Positions 40,350-53,043 of a stretch of 64,000 nucleotides of DNA are shown piece after piece. The stretch is from Lepidodermella squamata (taxonomy: Eukaryota > Animalia > Gastrotricha), in contig JBLDXI010000015.1 in the NCBI GenBank assembly GCA_047495785.1, positions 496,001 through 560,000 on the forward strand, given 5' to 3'. Each line of letters begins with the position of its first letter. The stretch's first letter is position 1. The notes under the pieces were generated by a model. The model searched no databases. It saw only the letters and a list, made by a program, of their open reading frames with translations, and was not told where the DNA came from. The position numbers and the translations under genes were made by a program.

Positions 40350-40426
40350 TGACGTCAGTCAAGCAGTTGTTCAGCTGTCGACAAAAGCTGTCGTGTTTGA
40401 CGTCATCGAAAAAGACGTTTATATAA
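40350..40426 (+). promoter_or_regulatory. Promoter of lectin paralogue A: two CRE palindromes plus TATA
   Basis: TGACGTCA at 40350 and 40398; TATATAA at 40420. Confidence 0.55.
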
Positions 40427-40529
40427 TATCGCGATCGCCCGAATTTCTCACTAATTTTCGCTATTAATTCTACTGAGTTTCATTTCTTTGTACACATCTC
40501 GTGAGAGTAGCAGGGGTAGGTCCAGTCCA

Positions 40530-42714
40530 CCGTGCTGTTGTTACGTGAGTATCCACTGTTCTGAACCCACAAGCCCTAATATTGTGTTTTTTAAGAGCTT
40601 GCCGTGTTCGAATCGTTGGTTAGTTGTCAAGGTATGCAAACCTGATGATTTCCTGTAATATTTCTAATGTCTCATATTTATCTTAAGATAAAGCTTTCGT
40701 ACCAGAGAAGGGTACTGATCTCACCCACGCCGAGGCATCGGAAGCTTGCAAGAAGGCAGGTGCAAAGCTGATCACGCCTAAAGATCAATCGGATTTCAAA
40801 GCGCTCAGGTCCATCATGGCGGACAAGAAACTGACCACGAGTCCTGTTTGGATTGGCAGCAACCCACCGGCTTACCTCTGGGGAAACTACAAGCCAGTTG
40901 ACGACTCCCTATGGAACACGAGGAAGGAAGCTGGCGATGGGGATTGTAAGCGGCTTAGATATACTTCCGATATCATGCATATTTTGTGTCTTGCCCAGGT
41001 GTTGAGCTCTACACGGATATCGCATACGACGCTAAATCGTATAGTGGAGCCGGTCTGGTGACTGCTGACTGCACTAAAAATTACAAATACATCATGTGCC
41101 AGGACACAAAATCGGTACAGTTGGAGGCAAAATGATTTAATTTTGAAAGACAAATCGTTCTGTTTCAGTTCATCATGCAAGCCTTCGAGTTTAACGGCGA
41201 TCAAATGGATGCGAGAAAATTCTGCGAGCAAGAAGGAATGAAATTACCCATCCTGACGGATCGCAGTCAGTTTGAAGCCGCCAATGGCATTCTGCAAGAA
41301 GCTGTTAATAAATTGTCCACTGAAAAGTTTGTTCCTGTTTGGGCATTCAGGCTAATTGGCGCGGAATTTGACCCTGCTGCCAAAGGAATTTCTCCAGCTC
41401 GTAAGTTCTCAAGCTATTCTATTTAGAAAATAACTATAACTGTTCCGTTTAGATGTTCAATACAACTATGAAACAAATGCTGCTACACCTAAACCGGCTA
41501 CCGAGAAGGGAACAGCTATCTGTGAACGATTTACCGGTAAGGATGACTATTGAATTGCTTGTTCATCATATCAGTTTTCATATCTCGCATTTGGGTTATC
41601 GTCGAAAATTTCTGCGACTTAACTAGTATTTATCAAGTTTATGTTTTCCAGCCACGTGCACACCGACTTGCGAGAACGGGGGATCCTGTATCGGTACCAA
41701 CGTTTGCTCCTGCCCAGATGGCTTTGCCGGTCCCACCTGCAAAATTCGTGAGCAACCATTTCGCTGTGGCAGTTTATTTTACTTATCAAAGTTTTCGTGC
41801 AGCCAAGTATTTCAAGGTGAAAATGGCAGCTGATCACAAAACCCCATTTGGCGTATGCGAAGCTGCCGGTGGAGTTATGGCTTCAATTCGCACGCCAGGT
41901 GAAGCTGAGAAAGCTAAAGCCGTTGCTGGCAAGGACCCCGTTTACATTGGCTTGGGGGCGGTTTATTCATACACTGGTTCCCAAGAAAGCCCTATCACAA
42001 AGCGAATCCCAATGCGACCTGGTCCGATTGGGTGGAAAGAAAATGAGCCTAGTAGTACTGGCGGTGGCATACGTAAGGCATTCAGATTCCAGATAATCAT
42101 CAGTTAAATATATAATTATCAGGAGTTCGAATCGACTACGGGGGCTTTTCTCTCTTTCCTGAAGTCAATGGAATCAATGGTGGAATGCTATGCGCAAACG
42201 CAGACGTAAGCTTGTTAGTTAACGCTTAAATGGGGTCTAAAATATTTCATTGTGCTTGTAGAACGGGAAAAGCCTCAGTATCTACCCATCATCTAGCTAT
42301 GGTCAGACAAAGTATGAAATGATGAAGAAAGTGTGTGCTGCTTATGGTCAGTTCCCTGTGGGGCTCGACAAACTCACAGATTATTACCTCAAGCTTGAGA
42401 GTAGCTTAAAGAATAATCCCGGCATTAATTACACAGTGAGTGCTATTCGCACTGACAATCGCCTATTCAGCCATGTCACTGGTGAGAGAATTGAGAATTT
42501 CCCTATTCCGTGGGCTAAAGATGCTGACCGCTATTACGAGTTTTACCAGGGAAATGCCTGTAAGTTATTTGATCGAACACTGCACTGCACTTTTTTTAAC
42601 TCGATTATCTTTTCAGGCGTTGTCTTGCGACCGGATGGATTCATTCAAGACGCTTCTTGCGACTACTGGCCTGGCGAAAGGTCTACACTATGCAGCGTTA
42701 AGCCTGAATTGTGA
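40530..42714 (+). CDS. Divergent C-type-lectin-like/EGF protein, paralogue A; start codon apparently lost (possible pseudogene)
   Basis: Exon series homologous to paralogue B from 48944 on (EACKKAG.., WIGS, ICQDTK, one EGF exon, TLCSVKPEL). The ATG/signal-start region is replaced by unrelated sequence with in-frame stops. Confidence 0.7.
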
Positions 42715-43358
42715 ACGGCTATTTGCTCTAATGATGGTGAGAGCTGAGAGTATAGAGCATTGAATGACAAAATAAATCAGGCTGAATGACAAAATGAATG
42801 ACAAAATAAATGAGCCAGCCGTTAAAGTGTAACCTTTTAAATGGCTTCAAGCTTCAACTCTTTAGGATCGACGATTTAAAGAATGAGAGGAACAATGTCA
42901 GGAGCTTGAGGAAGGGTCGTAGCGAGGCAATGTATTCTGAGTCTGCTTTCTATTGTTTGATCAATAACTGGTTTCGAAGGGTCTTTTCGAATGCAAATAT
43001 TACATTCTGTTTTCCATCCGCCGTATGAATCAAGTTTGCGGCAATTCGGACAGATTAACAGGCGAAGGTTCTCGATGCTGAAAGTTGCTTCATCGGCGAG
43101 GCCACGTCGGCGATAAGCGATAATCATATCTTTAGTCGTGATCCCTAAACTGATTGCTTTTAGTTTGCTGATGATTGTGAGAACACCGATATGCTCATCG
43201 ACCCTTCAAACTCGCCAAACTCGCCCCGGTGAATCTGAACGGGTTGAAATTTGACTTGAGTATGGCTATCATTTACAGCATTCTACCATTATCACTCATC
43301 TGCCAGTACAGGGCTCTTTGAATACCCCCTCCCAACGTTGTTTTGTTTGCAATAGTAC

Positions 43359-44161
43359 CGTCATTTGGGGCAAAATGAACCTTTGGGGCTAATTGGCCAA
43401 AAATTAAGGTTTTTACCATTTTATCGATAGCTCAAAAACTACAGGGTAAAACTTTACAAAAATTTACGGGGACGATTATCAACAAGCCTCCTGCAAATTT
43501 TCAGCCACGTATGTCCCGAAATGAGGTCACAGCATGTTGTTGCACAGAGGTGAGTTTAGGGAGGTAAAAATGGCCCCTCTAAATTGAATTACCTGGAGCC
43601 AATCACGAGGTTTGATGTTCAGATGAATTTGTTTCCTTCGACCGTCGTAGATGACAGCAAAAAAAACCGCGACCCCAGGCGATGCACAGGTATGGCTAGG
43701 TGATTGTGGCCAAATTGCCACATGGGAAACTCAATGATGGGGGCTAATTGGCCACCATTATCCTTATAATGGGTTTTTAATATTTAGTGATTGTGAGGGT
43801 TGAATGGTCGAGTGGTTGTGATGCGTCCATCAGAACTTGAGTGATCTGATGAGCGACGGTTCGAATCCTCATAAAGTGGCATTTTTTTGCTCCGCATTTG
43901 ATTTTTTTAATTTTGTTGTTAATTTTCCATTTTAATTATTCCACTAACACCACGTATGCCGGACATTTTTTTGTTCGGGAGACGTTTAAAAGTCGCTCAG
44001 CAATAAAACTCTCAGAAAAAACGGAGAAACAAATTAAAAATTATTAAAATGGACAATTAAAACAAACAAAAATTAAAAAAATCAAATGCGGAGCAAAAAA
44101 ATGCCACTTTATGAGGATTCGAACCGTCGCTCATCAGATCACTCAAGTTCTGATGGACGCA
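43359..44161. mobile_element. MITE 5' part with tRNA-like segment and inverted partial duplication
   Basis: TA|CCGTCATTTGGGGCAAAATG end; A-box-like TGGTCGAGTGG (43805) and B-box GGTTCGAATCC (43858); ~43821-43908 recurs inverted at ~44075-44161. Confidence 0.6.
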
Positions 44162-44899
44162 TTTCGATTCTATTGACAGGATATCGGTTTAAGCTTGATC
44201 AAATCTGTCGAAATGATATGAATATGATGCAGAATGGAGTGAAACAGTGGATTTCCGGTGTTGCATAGTCTTATGCATTGAATGCACTCTTTGATATGAA
44301 CGATTAACAGCATGCAGCATTATTCACTATTCTTTAATTATGAAGCATCAATAATCCACATCAGCTTCGTATCATTTATCGCATCGCAGAGAGCGAAGTA
44401 GGACAGCAGAACTGGTTGGGATAAGGAAAATTAGCTTAGGGGTCCCCGTTTGGTCTTTGACGAAGCGGACCGATTGAACTGGTAGGAATGATCCCTGCCA
44501 TCCCGAGCTGTACTTGGCTCTCTGGCGAATCGGAATTGTTATGTTTTTTTTTATTTTGCTATTATTTGAGATTGCGGATAAGACGGGAATTTATCTCGTT
44601 GCCTGATGAGTAACAGCCTGAATGTGATTGATTGAAAATAACCCGATCTCTTCTGTTCATTTCGAATCATCTAAAATGTTTTGCAATTCACATACATAGC
44701 TGAATTCCATGCTGCTGAGCTTATCCATGTACGCTGCATATTTTCAAGGTCCCAATTTACAGCAATGATGGGCTAGCACTGATGAGTAGGCTATTAACTA
44801 CGTCACCAGTATGAGCTTTGAGCTTTGCTCAGATGAGTGCATTATGATCAACTTTCATATAATTCATCTACTCCTAGCCGTAGCTTTCTGCCGGTAGAA

Positions 44900-44975
44900 T
44901 GACGTCAGTCAAGCAGTTGTTCAGCTGTCGACAAATTATTCGTGTTTGACGTCATCGAAAAAGCCGTTTATTTAA
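44900..44975 (+). promoter_or_regulatory. Promoter of lectin paralogue B: two CRE palindromes plus TATA-like box
   Basis: TGACGTCA at 44900 and 44947; TATTTAA at 44969; ATG at 45060. Confidence 0.55.
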
Positions 44976-45059
44976 TATCGCGATCGCCCGAATTTCTCAC
45001 TAATTTTCGCTATTAATTCTACTGAGTTTCATTTCGTTGTTTTATCCATTCGAGGCTAA

Positions 45060-48000
45060 ATGCTAGTCAAAGCTCTGGCCGCGCTGTTGTTACGTAAGTT
45101 TATACTGCTCGGTTTCCCAATGCCCAAATGTCTTGTATTTTTCTCAAGAGCTTGCATTGTTCGAACTTCTCACTGATGGTCACCTCTTGAAGCCTCATGA
45201 GGAGTATCATCATCCTCGTCATCATCATCATCATCACCATGATAAATGGGATAACGCTATCGATCGCAAGCATTCGCGCATCAGATATTACGATGCTGAC
45301 TACTCCAACGCGACCACTGTACTGCCGAAAAAGGTGAAACCTTCAAAGAAGCCCTCGAAGACTAAGAAGCCTAACGTTGGAGGTCATACAAAACCGAAAA
45401 ATGGAACCACGGAGAAACAAAAGCCGGTTACTAACACTCTGCCAAAAGGCGGAAACAAACCGAAGCCGGTAGCTCCTGCACCCTCGAAGAAACCGAATAC
45501 GGCTACCCCTGCGGCGAAAGGCGGAGACAAACTGAAGCCGGTAGCTCCTGCACCCTCGAAGAAACCGAATACGGCTACCCCTGCGGCGAAAGGCGGAGAC
45601 AAACCGAAGCCGGTAGCTCCTGCACCCTCGAAGAAACCGAATACGGCTACCCCTGCGGCGAAAGGCGGAGACAAACCGAAGCCGGTAGCTCCTGCACCCT
45701 CGAAGAAACCGAATACGGCTACCCCTGCGGCGAAAGGCGGAGACAAACCGAAGCCGGTAGCTCCTGCACCCTCGAAGAAACCGAATACGGCTACCCCTGC
45801 GGCGAAAGGCGGAGACAAACCGAAGCCGGTAGCTCCTGCACCCTCGAAGAAACCGAATACGGCTACCCCTGCGGCGAAAGGCGGAGACAAACCGAAGCCG
45901 GTAGCTCCTGCACCCTCGAAGAAACCGAATACGGCTACCCCTGCGGCGAAAGGCGGAGACAAACTGAAGCCGGTAGCTCCTGCACCCTCGAAGAAACTGA
46001 ATACGACTACCCCTGCGACGAAACCGAATACGGCAAATACTACTCAGCCGGACAGTGGGGTGACCGCCAAGCCGGTATTTCCTGCAACGCCAAATGGACG
46101 TAAGTAGCTCAGTTTCACTTTGAATGTCTATAAATCGAACCGTTTATCTGCTTCATTATGCAACCACTTAAACTTCCTTTCAAATTCAATCGATCGCTAC
46201 CAGGACTCTGGCATGAAACATTCAGTCATGCGATACATTTTTTGCAACAATAATTTTAGTAGTCGACCAAGATTTATATGTATTTTACCGCCGTTGCCAT
46301 TGGAAACCATGCAACTGGTGGGGCAAGGTCATTTTAGTGTTTATTCATATAGTATAATTGCACGATCAAAATATTTCATGCTGGAGTCAGGGTAACGATC
46401 GATTGACCAATCAGCGTGCGCGGTAACGTTCAAACATTAGTGGTTCCTCAAAGATATTCTAAATTAAGCCTTCAAGTACGAGATTCGTTTCGCACAAAAA
46501 CATTTCCTTTCTGGTCCGAAATTGCTAATCAAATTGCTAACAAACGCTCATTTGACTGTTTTCCATTCACAGCGGTATGCAAAACACCTTGCGCGAACGG
46601 TGGAACCTGCTCTGCTGGCAACACGTGCAAGTGCGCCACTGGCTGGACTGGATCTACCTGCGAGAAGTGTAAGATCCTATTCTCATAACATCACTAGTCC
46701 TGCATTATATTGTGATATTTCAGCTGAGTGCTCGAAACCATGTGAAAATGGCGGGACTTGCAACGGACCAGATAGCTGCAAATGCAATGATTTGTATTCT
46801 GGACCCACCTGTTCTCAAGGTAAACATAGAAGATCTGATCTGAATCTAATAACACTCCCAGTGAGATTAAAGTGATCTGGCATCATGGCAGAGATTGCGC
46901 ATTTTTCGCACCATTGAGTGCAAAAAAAGAGTCCGCAGGTGCAGAGGATTTTTTACATCTCATCTGAGATTTTGAAACATCCGAAATTGCGGCTTTTTTA
47001 AATCAAACGCTCATTTGACTGTTTTCCATTCACAGTGGTATGCAAAACACCTTGCACGAACGGTGGAACTTGCGCCGCTGGCAACGCTGGCAACACTTGC
47101 AAGTGCACGGCTGGCTGGACTGGACCTACCTGCGAGAAGTGTAAGATGATATTTCCATAAAATAAAAAAATTGTATTGATTGTCATACATACAATGACTT
47201 TCGCCTTTTACTTTTCCCATTCCAATTTTATCGTTCATATATTCACATGATATTAATTTTTCAGCTGAGTGCTCGAAACCATGTGAAAATGGCGGGACTT
47301 GCAACGGACCAGATAGCTGCAAATGCAACGATTTGTTCTCTGGACCCACCTGTTCTCAAGGTAAACATAGAAGATCTGATCTGAATCTAATTACACTCCC
47401 ATGGAGATTTAAAGAGCATTTCTCCGTGGCAGAGCGCTAAGTTAGGTGGGGAATGAGGGGTGTCTTACCTCATAGTTTGGCATGACGAGGTGGAAAACAC
47501 AAGAAAGAGCACAGGGGGCCCCTCTGGTCATAAAATGTGAGCCCATTAAAAAACCTTAGTTCGAGGATCCTAATTGGCGCACTGTTTTCATGGCTCACCA
47601 GGACCTTTCCTGTATTTTGAGAACAAGCAAGGTCAGCAAGTTCAGAAGATATCTAGAATCCCGCATCCCGCCATATAGAAATTAATGATTCGAAGTAATT
47701 CATTTACATAGAGTCAATCGACTCCATAGAGTCAGTTTTTCTCTATGAAACCCGACTCAGGTTTTCAGACACGCTTACATTGCGTGACTACTTAGAAGTC
47801 CGATCCAATGCGCACGCTGATTGGTCAATCGATCGTTGCTATGACGCCCGGATGAAACATGTTGGTTGTGCGATCCATGCAACTTGTTGCAACAAGTGTT
47901 TTTTGCCGCAGTAGTTTGACACGATTATTATGGGGTTTACGCTCGTGGTCAATGGACACCGTGTAGAGGGCGTGGCAAGGTCATTTTTACATAAATATAA

Positions 48001-50922
48001 CATAATTTATTAGTGGATCTCACGAAGGAAATGTTTCATCCCGGAGTCATGGCAACGATCAATTGACCAATCAAGTTTTTCAAATCAAGTTGTTCATGTG
48101 TTTGTTTTGCATTTGTAGCGGTATGCAAAACACCTTGCGCGAACGGTGGAACATGTGCCGCTGGAAACGCTGGCAACACGTGCAAGTGCGCTGCTGGTTG
48201 GACTGGACCTACCTGCGAAAAGTGTAAGATCTTTTCCAACATAATTAGTCCTGCATTATAATGTGCCATTTTTAGCTGCGTGTTCGAAACCATGCGAAAA
48301 TGGCGGGACGTGCAACGGACCAGATAGCTGCAAATGCAATGATTTGTTTTCTGGATCCACTTGTTCTCAAGGTATATTGTCCATCCGAAATAACTGATCA
48401 GACAGTTGTAACCATTCCATGGAGATATAAGTAATCTGGTGTCGCCGCTTAGAATCAGAGTCGCTTAGTCGCCGCTTAAAAATGTACCTTTCTTGCACCA
48501 TTCACCATTGTCTTTGAAACACTCCGCAGGTGCAAAAGATTACTTAAATCCCCCTGCAGATTGTCAAATATCAGAAATTGCGGCTTTTTGAAATCAAATT
48601 GCATACAACCGCTCATTTGATTGTTGTGCATTTACAGCGGTTTGCAAAACGCCATGCGCGAACGGTGGAACTTGCGCCGCTGGCAACGCTGGCAACGCGT
48701 GCAAGTGCGCTGCTGGCTGGACTGGACCTACCTGCGAGAAGTGTAAGATCTTTTCCAACATAATTGGCCCTGCATTATATTGTGCTATTTCTAGCTGAGT
48801 GTTCGAAATTATGCGAAAATGGCGGCACATGCGAAGGACCTGATAGCTGCAAATGCAATTCATTTTTCTCCGGGCCGACCTGTTCTCTAGGTACTTTATC
48901 CCGATTTTATTATTTGTTGAGTCTAATACACTTGTTATTTCAGAAAAATTATTCCTGCCAGAGCAGGGTCTCGATGTCAATTTCGAAGAGGCTTCGCAAC
49001 TTTGCAAGAAGGCCAACGCAAGGCTGTTCACGCCTAAAGATGAGTCGCAAATCGCTGATTTCCGGTCTTATCTAAAGGGGACTAAACTACCTTCACGTCC
49101 AATTTGGATCCGTGTGGCATCGTCGGCTTACGCTTGGGGCAACAACAAGCCCGTTGACAACTCGCTGTGGCACATGAAAAAAGAGGCTGGCGATGCTGAA
49201 TGTAAGTTGTTCGGTCTTAACAGAACAGTTGAAAAAAGTAGTGTTGAAATTTCCCTGATGAAGGCGTTGAACTCTTCACTGACATGCCTCGCAGTGGTAA
49301 ATCGATAAAAGGAGCAGGCCTGGTGACTGTTGACTGTGCTAAAACTTACAAAGCTATTATTTGCCAGGACACAAAATCGGTATAGTTTTAATCATTTCCG
49401 CCGTTTTCTCACGCAAATTTGCCATTGTTTCAGTTTCTCATGCAAGCATTCGAGTTTAACGGCGATCGAGCAGGTGCGATCAAATTGTGCGAGCGAGAGG
49501 GAATGCGACTGCCCATCCTCAGTGATCCCGGTCAGTTCGAAGCAGCTAATGGCATTCTCCAGCAGGCGCTTTCTGCGTTCGCCGATCAGAGGTTTGTTCC
49601 TGTCTGGGCGAGCAGGTTGTCTGGGGCAAATCTTGATCCTGCTAGCAAGGGAATTTCTCCAGGCCGTTAGTCTTCCCAAAATTAAAGATTATTATTACTG
49701 GGTACTGCATTCAGATGTTCAATACACCTACAAATCGAATACAATGTCGCCTAAGCCGGCTACTGACAGGGGATCGGCGGTTTGCGAACGATTCACAGGT
49801 GAGTTATCTGTGCAACATTACACTGGACTTGAACTTAGAAATGTTAAGCCACATGCATGCCCGCTTGCGAGAATGGCGGAACATGCACTGATACGAACGT
49901 CTGTGCCTGCGCTGATGGTTTTGTTGGACCAACCTGCAGCAAATGTGAGCTATTAATTTGGTGTTTGATGAATTTACTATCTGTTTATTCGTGCAGCCAA
50001 ATACTTCAAGGTGCCGACCGTTGGCCCCGCGCCATATGGACCATATAGTCCATATGGCGCTTGCGAAGCTGCCGGCGGTGTTTTGGCTTCCATTCGCACG
50101 CCAGGTGAAGCCGAGCAAGCGAAAGCTGTTGCTGGCAATCCGTTCTATGGAGTCTACATCGGCTTGGGTGCTGATTTTATATTCTCTGGAGCCGGTATCC
50201 CTAGTATTGATAAGCGAATCCCCATGCGACCGGGTCCCATTGGATGGAAAACAAGCAGCAATACAGCAATTCAGGGGCACTGTAAGGCCCTAGTTTTAAC
50301 AAAAAATAATTGAATCAAAATCATTTTATCAGGTTTACGAATTGAGAAAGAAGGGTATTCCCCTGCTCCTTGCAATGGTATGGGCCAGTATGGTCTATGC
50401 GGCAATTATAAGGCAATATTTCTGAATCCCTGTATCGCTAAAAAAAATCTTTTTTTTTGTATTTTCATGTACCCTTAGACGGGAGAATTCTCCCATATCG
50501 TATACAACAATCAAGATGGACAGTATTCAACGTTTATTGACTTGTGCAGACAAAGCAATCGTGATTTGACTCCTTGGTCGGTCGACAAGCTCGCTGATTT
50601 CGCAAAGGTTGAGAAAATGTTTACATCAACTATGACAGCCTTCGCCGTAGGGGGTATGCGCAATAGCCAGTATGAGTTTAGACATGCCACTGGAGAGAAA
50701 ATGGAAGATTTCCCTATCCCATGGGCCAAAAGCGCCCAGTATTTATGGCAAAATGGATGTAAGTTATTCGATTCTGATTCGACTCTCAGTTCCATGAAAT
50801 ATGATTCTTTCATGTTAGGCGTTCTCCTGCGGTCTGATGGATTCATTGAAGACTCATTGTGCTACCGGACTGGTGTAGAGGAGAATAGACCGGCAGCCCT
50901 ATGCAGCGTGAAGCCTGAATGA
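45060..50922 (+). CDS. Secreted mosaic protein, paralogue B: SP, His tract, Lys/Pro/Ala repeat, 8 EGF, divergent CTL-like domains with one more EGF (~19 exons)
   Basis: Exons 45060-45093 and 45149-46099; eight phase-1 EGF exons (46573-46668, 46724-46819, 47036-47140, 47265-47360, 48119-48223, 48276-48371, 48638-48742, 48795-48890); then 48944 onward to the stop at 50922. Confidence 0.85.
45445..46020 (+). repeat. Coding minisatellite, 8 x 72 bp (KGGDKPKPVAPAPSKKPNTATPAA)
   Basis: Units start at 45445, 45517 ... 45949; internal units are essentially identical. Confidence 0.97.
46200..46422. repeat. Intronic copy of the Tc1-associated palindromic unit
   Basis: Shares GGCAAGGTCATTTT and ACGATCGATTGACCAATCAGCGTGCGC with 51404-51677; core is in the opposite orientation. 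Confidence 0.65.
47776..48072. repeat. Intronic copy of the Tc1-associated palindromic unit
   Basis: Reverse complement of ~51410-51710. Confidence 0.75.
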
Positions 50923-51403
50923 TTGTGACGAGTGATTTGCTCGAAGGATGATGAGTTGAGAGTTGAGAGTATTGATTGCTAAAATAAATGAGCAAACGGT
51001 TGAATGTTAACCAAGTTTTAAGTATCTTTAAATACCTCTTTTGTAACCTATCTTCTATCTTGAATATCTTGAATTTCGCTTGTCACGTTAAGGCAGTTAA
51101 GCGATACGTTTTTGGCTTGAATTTTTCTTTACCGTGACATCTGAGCTGATTTTCGGGCATTCTGCTGATCTTCGGGAGCTGATTCGAAAATATATGTCGT
51201 GGACGCTTGTGAAATTTATAGGTATGTGTCATATTCATTAAAACCAGGCGCCCGTCGAAATTACTGGTGGCGCCGGGCGTCAGCAGTGATATGTGGTAAC
51301 ATTCGTTTCCAGCCTAGGCGCTGAGCGAAGTCAGACGAAATTGTATTTATTCTCAACTAATTTCAGCTACATTGTGGAACCGCTGGTAAGTTGAACTTCG
51401 GCG

Positions 51404-52640
51404 CGCACGCTGATTGGTCAATTTATCGTTGCTAGTGACTCCGGAATGAAACAATTTAGTCGTGCGATCCACTAATAAATTATTTTCTATTTATGCAAAA
51501 AATGACCTTGCCACACCCTCTGCACGGTTTCCATTGACCACGAGCGTAAACTCCATATTAATGGTGGTAAATTGCTGCGGCAAAAAACACTTGTTGAAAA
51601 AGATCTTATGGATCGCACGACCAACATGTTTCATCCGGGAGTCATAGCAACGATCGATTGACCAATCAGCGTGCGCATTGGATTGGACTTTTAAGTGGTC
51701 ACACAATGTATAATCGTTTAATAAAGCTATCTCATTCGCAAAAAAATAATTGGCATTCACGGCCTGCCGAAGAATGCGGCGTCTGTTAAGGACATCATCG
51801 TAGATAATCGGTTGTCCAGCAGCACATGCAGGCATAAGGTGCAGACCCTGATTATCACAAGGTTGAACTAGAGCCGGCGTGACAATCTCCCGAAGATTGC
51901 GTTCAACGATTTCGTGCAGAAAATTTCGACAGATCGGCGCCATAGCCTCCGCAACCTCCAGAGCAGTTGAAAAAGCTCCACGCGCCTGGCAGCAATTTTG
52001 CGTTTCATACCGGCTTTAACCGCTGAAAACACATTTGCGATTGGGTTTAAGAACGGAGAGTACGGAGGAAGAAATCGGATGACGTGCCCTGGTAGCAAAT
52101 GACCAACTGCTCCATTGTGAGATCGACAGTTGCTGCATCGTTAACAACGAGTCTCTCATAAGCCTAGAAATTCCATTTTTCTTGATCTATTTAAGCTCTT
52201 ACTTCAGACTTTTTTACCTCGCGCATGAAATCGCGGTACATCCCTATTTTCATTCCTTCATCACACAAGCGGTAATGGACTAATCCTTCCTGGCGCAAAA
52301 TTACCATTGAAACTGACACGTTCCGCCCAGGATGAGGTGCCGGGTTTTGCACGACAGCGCGTTGACCTCGACGAGCTCGCCCGCAGGATCTTCGCGTCCA
52401 TAAGCACACACCGAATTCGTCCTGGTATAAGTACCGATTGTTGACGCGGAAAGCGCTAAACCAATTTGCGTATGCAATTCGGTTTAAAATGACGTCAGGC
52501 CGGTTTCTGTCAACTGGGCAGCTATAAATCTTTTTCACGGTGTAGCCGATGAATTCAAGGTGTCTATGCATCGTTGTTATGGACACATTAACGTTACTCG
52601 ACCTGCAGCATAGCTTGGATTTGCTCAAAAGCGTAAGCTT
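51404..52640 (-). mobile_element. Decayed Tc1/mariner (IS630-Tc1) transposon
   Basis: Frameshifted pieces SITTMHRHL..GYTVKK, YQDEFG, RFLPPYSPFLNPIANVFSAVK; 3' ~270-bp unit bounded by ~50-bp inverted repeats. Confidence 0.85.
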
Positions 52641-53043
52641 GCTGTTATCATTCAGCCTGTCTCAGAGGTGGAAACAGGTCGGGTAGACCGGCCGGTAAGT
52701 CTCCCGGTTGCCGATTGGGTCAGGTCGCCGGTTGGGTATGGGTCGACTAAATTCCAGCCAGCTGACCGGTAAATTAGAATTTTCTGATCGACCTGATCGA
52801 TCGCGAAAAGTTCTGGGCTGCATTCGAGGAATTAGGTGTCGATGCGAATCTGATGCAAGCCATCAAAATTCAACATAAATTCAACATATAAATTCAACAA
52901 TCCGTTAGGATTAACAATAAGCTCTCGGACTTTTTCGTGGTAAGGAGGGGCTTAAAGATGGCAGGGCTTCTAACATTTTGTTGAGTTCTAGCTTCTAGCT
53001 AGTCAATTAGAGCCATCTTTGAAATACAAGACCGAACATTATA

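Noticed and set aside
43795-43872. Functional tRNA gene
   Set aside because: A/B boxes are present but I could not fold a canonical cloverleaf, and it lies within a repeat.
45384-45962. 192-aa hydrophobic repeat ORF on the minus strand
   Set aside because: Antisense shadow of the 72-bp coding repeat.
45445-46020. Regular repeat array as a possible CRISPR
   Set aside because: No unique spacers; an in-frame coding minisatellite in a eukaryotic exon.
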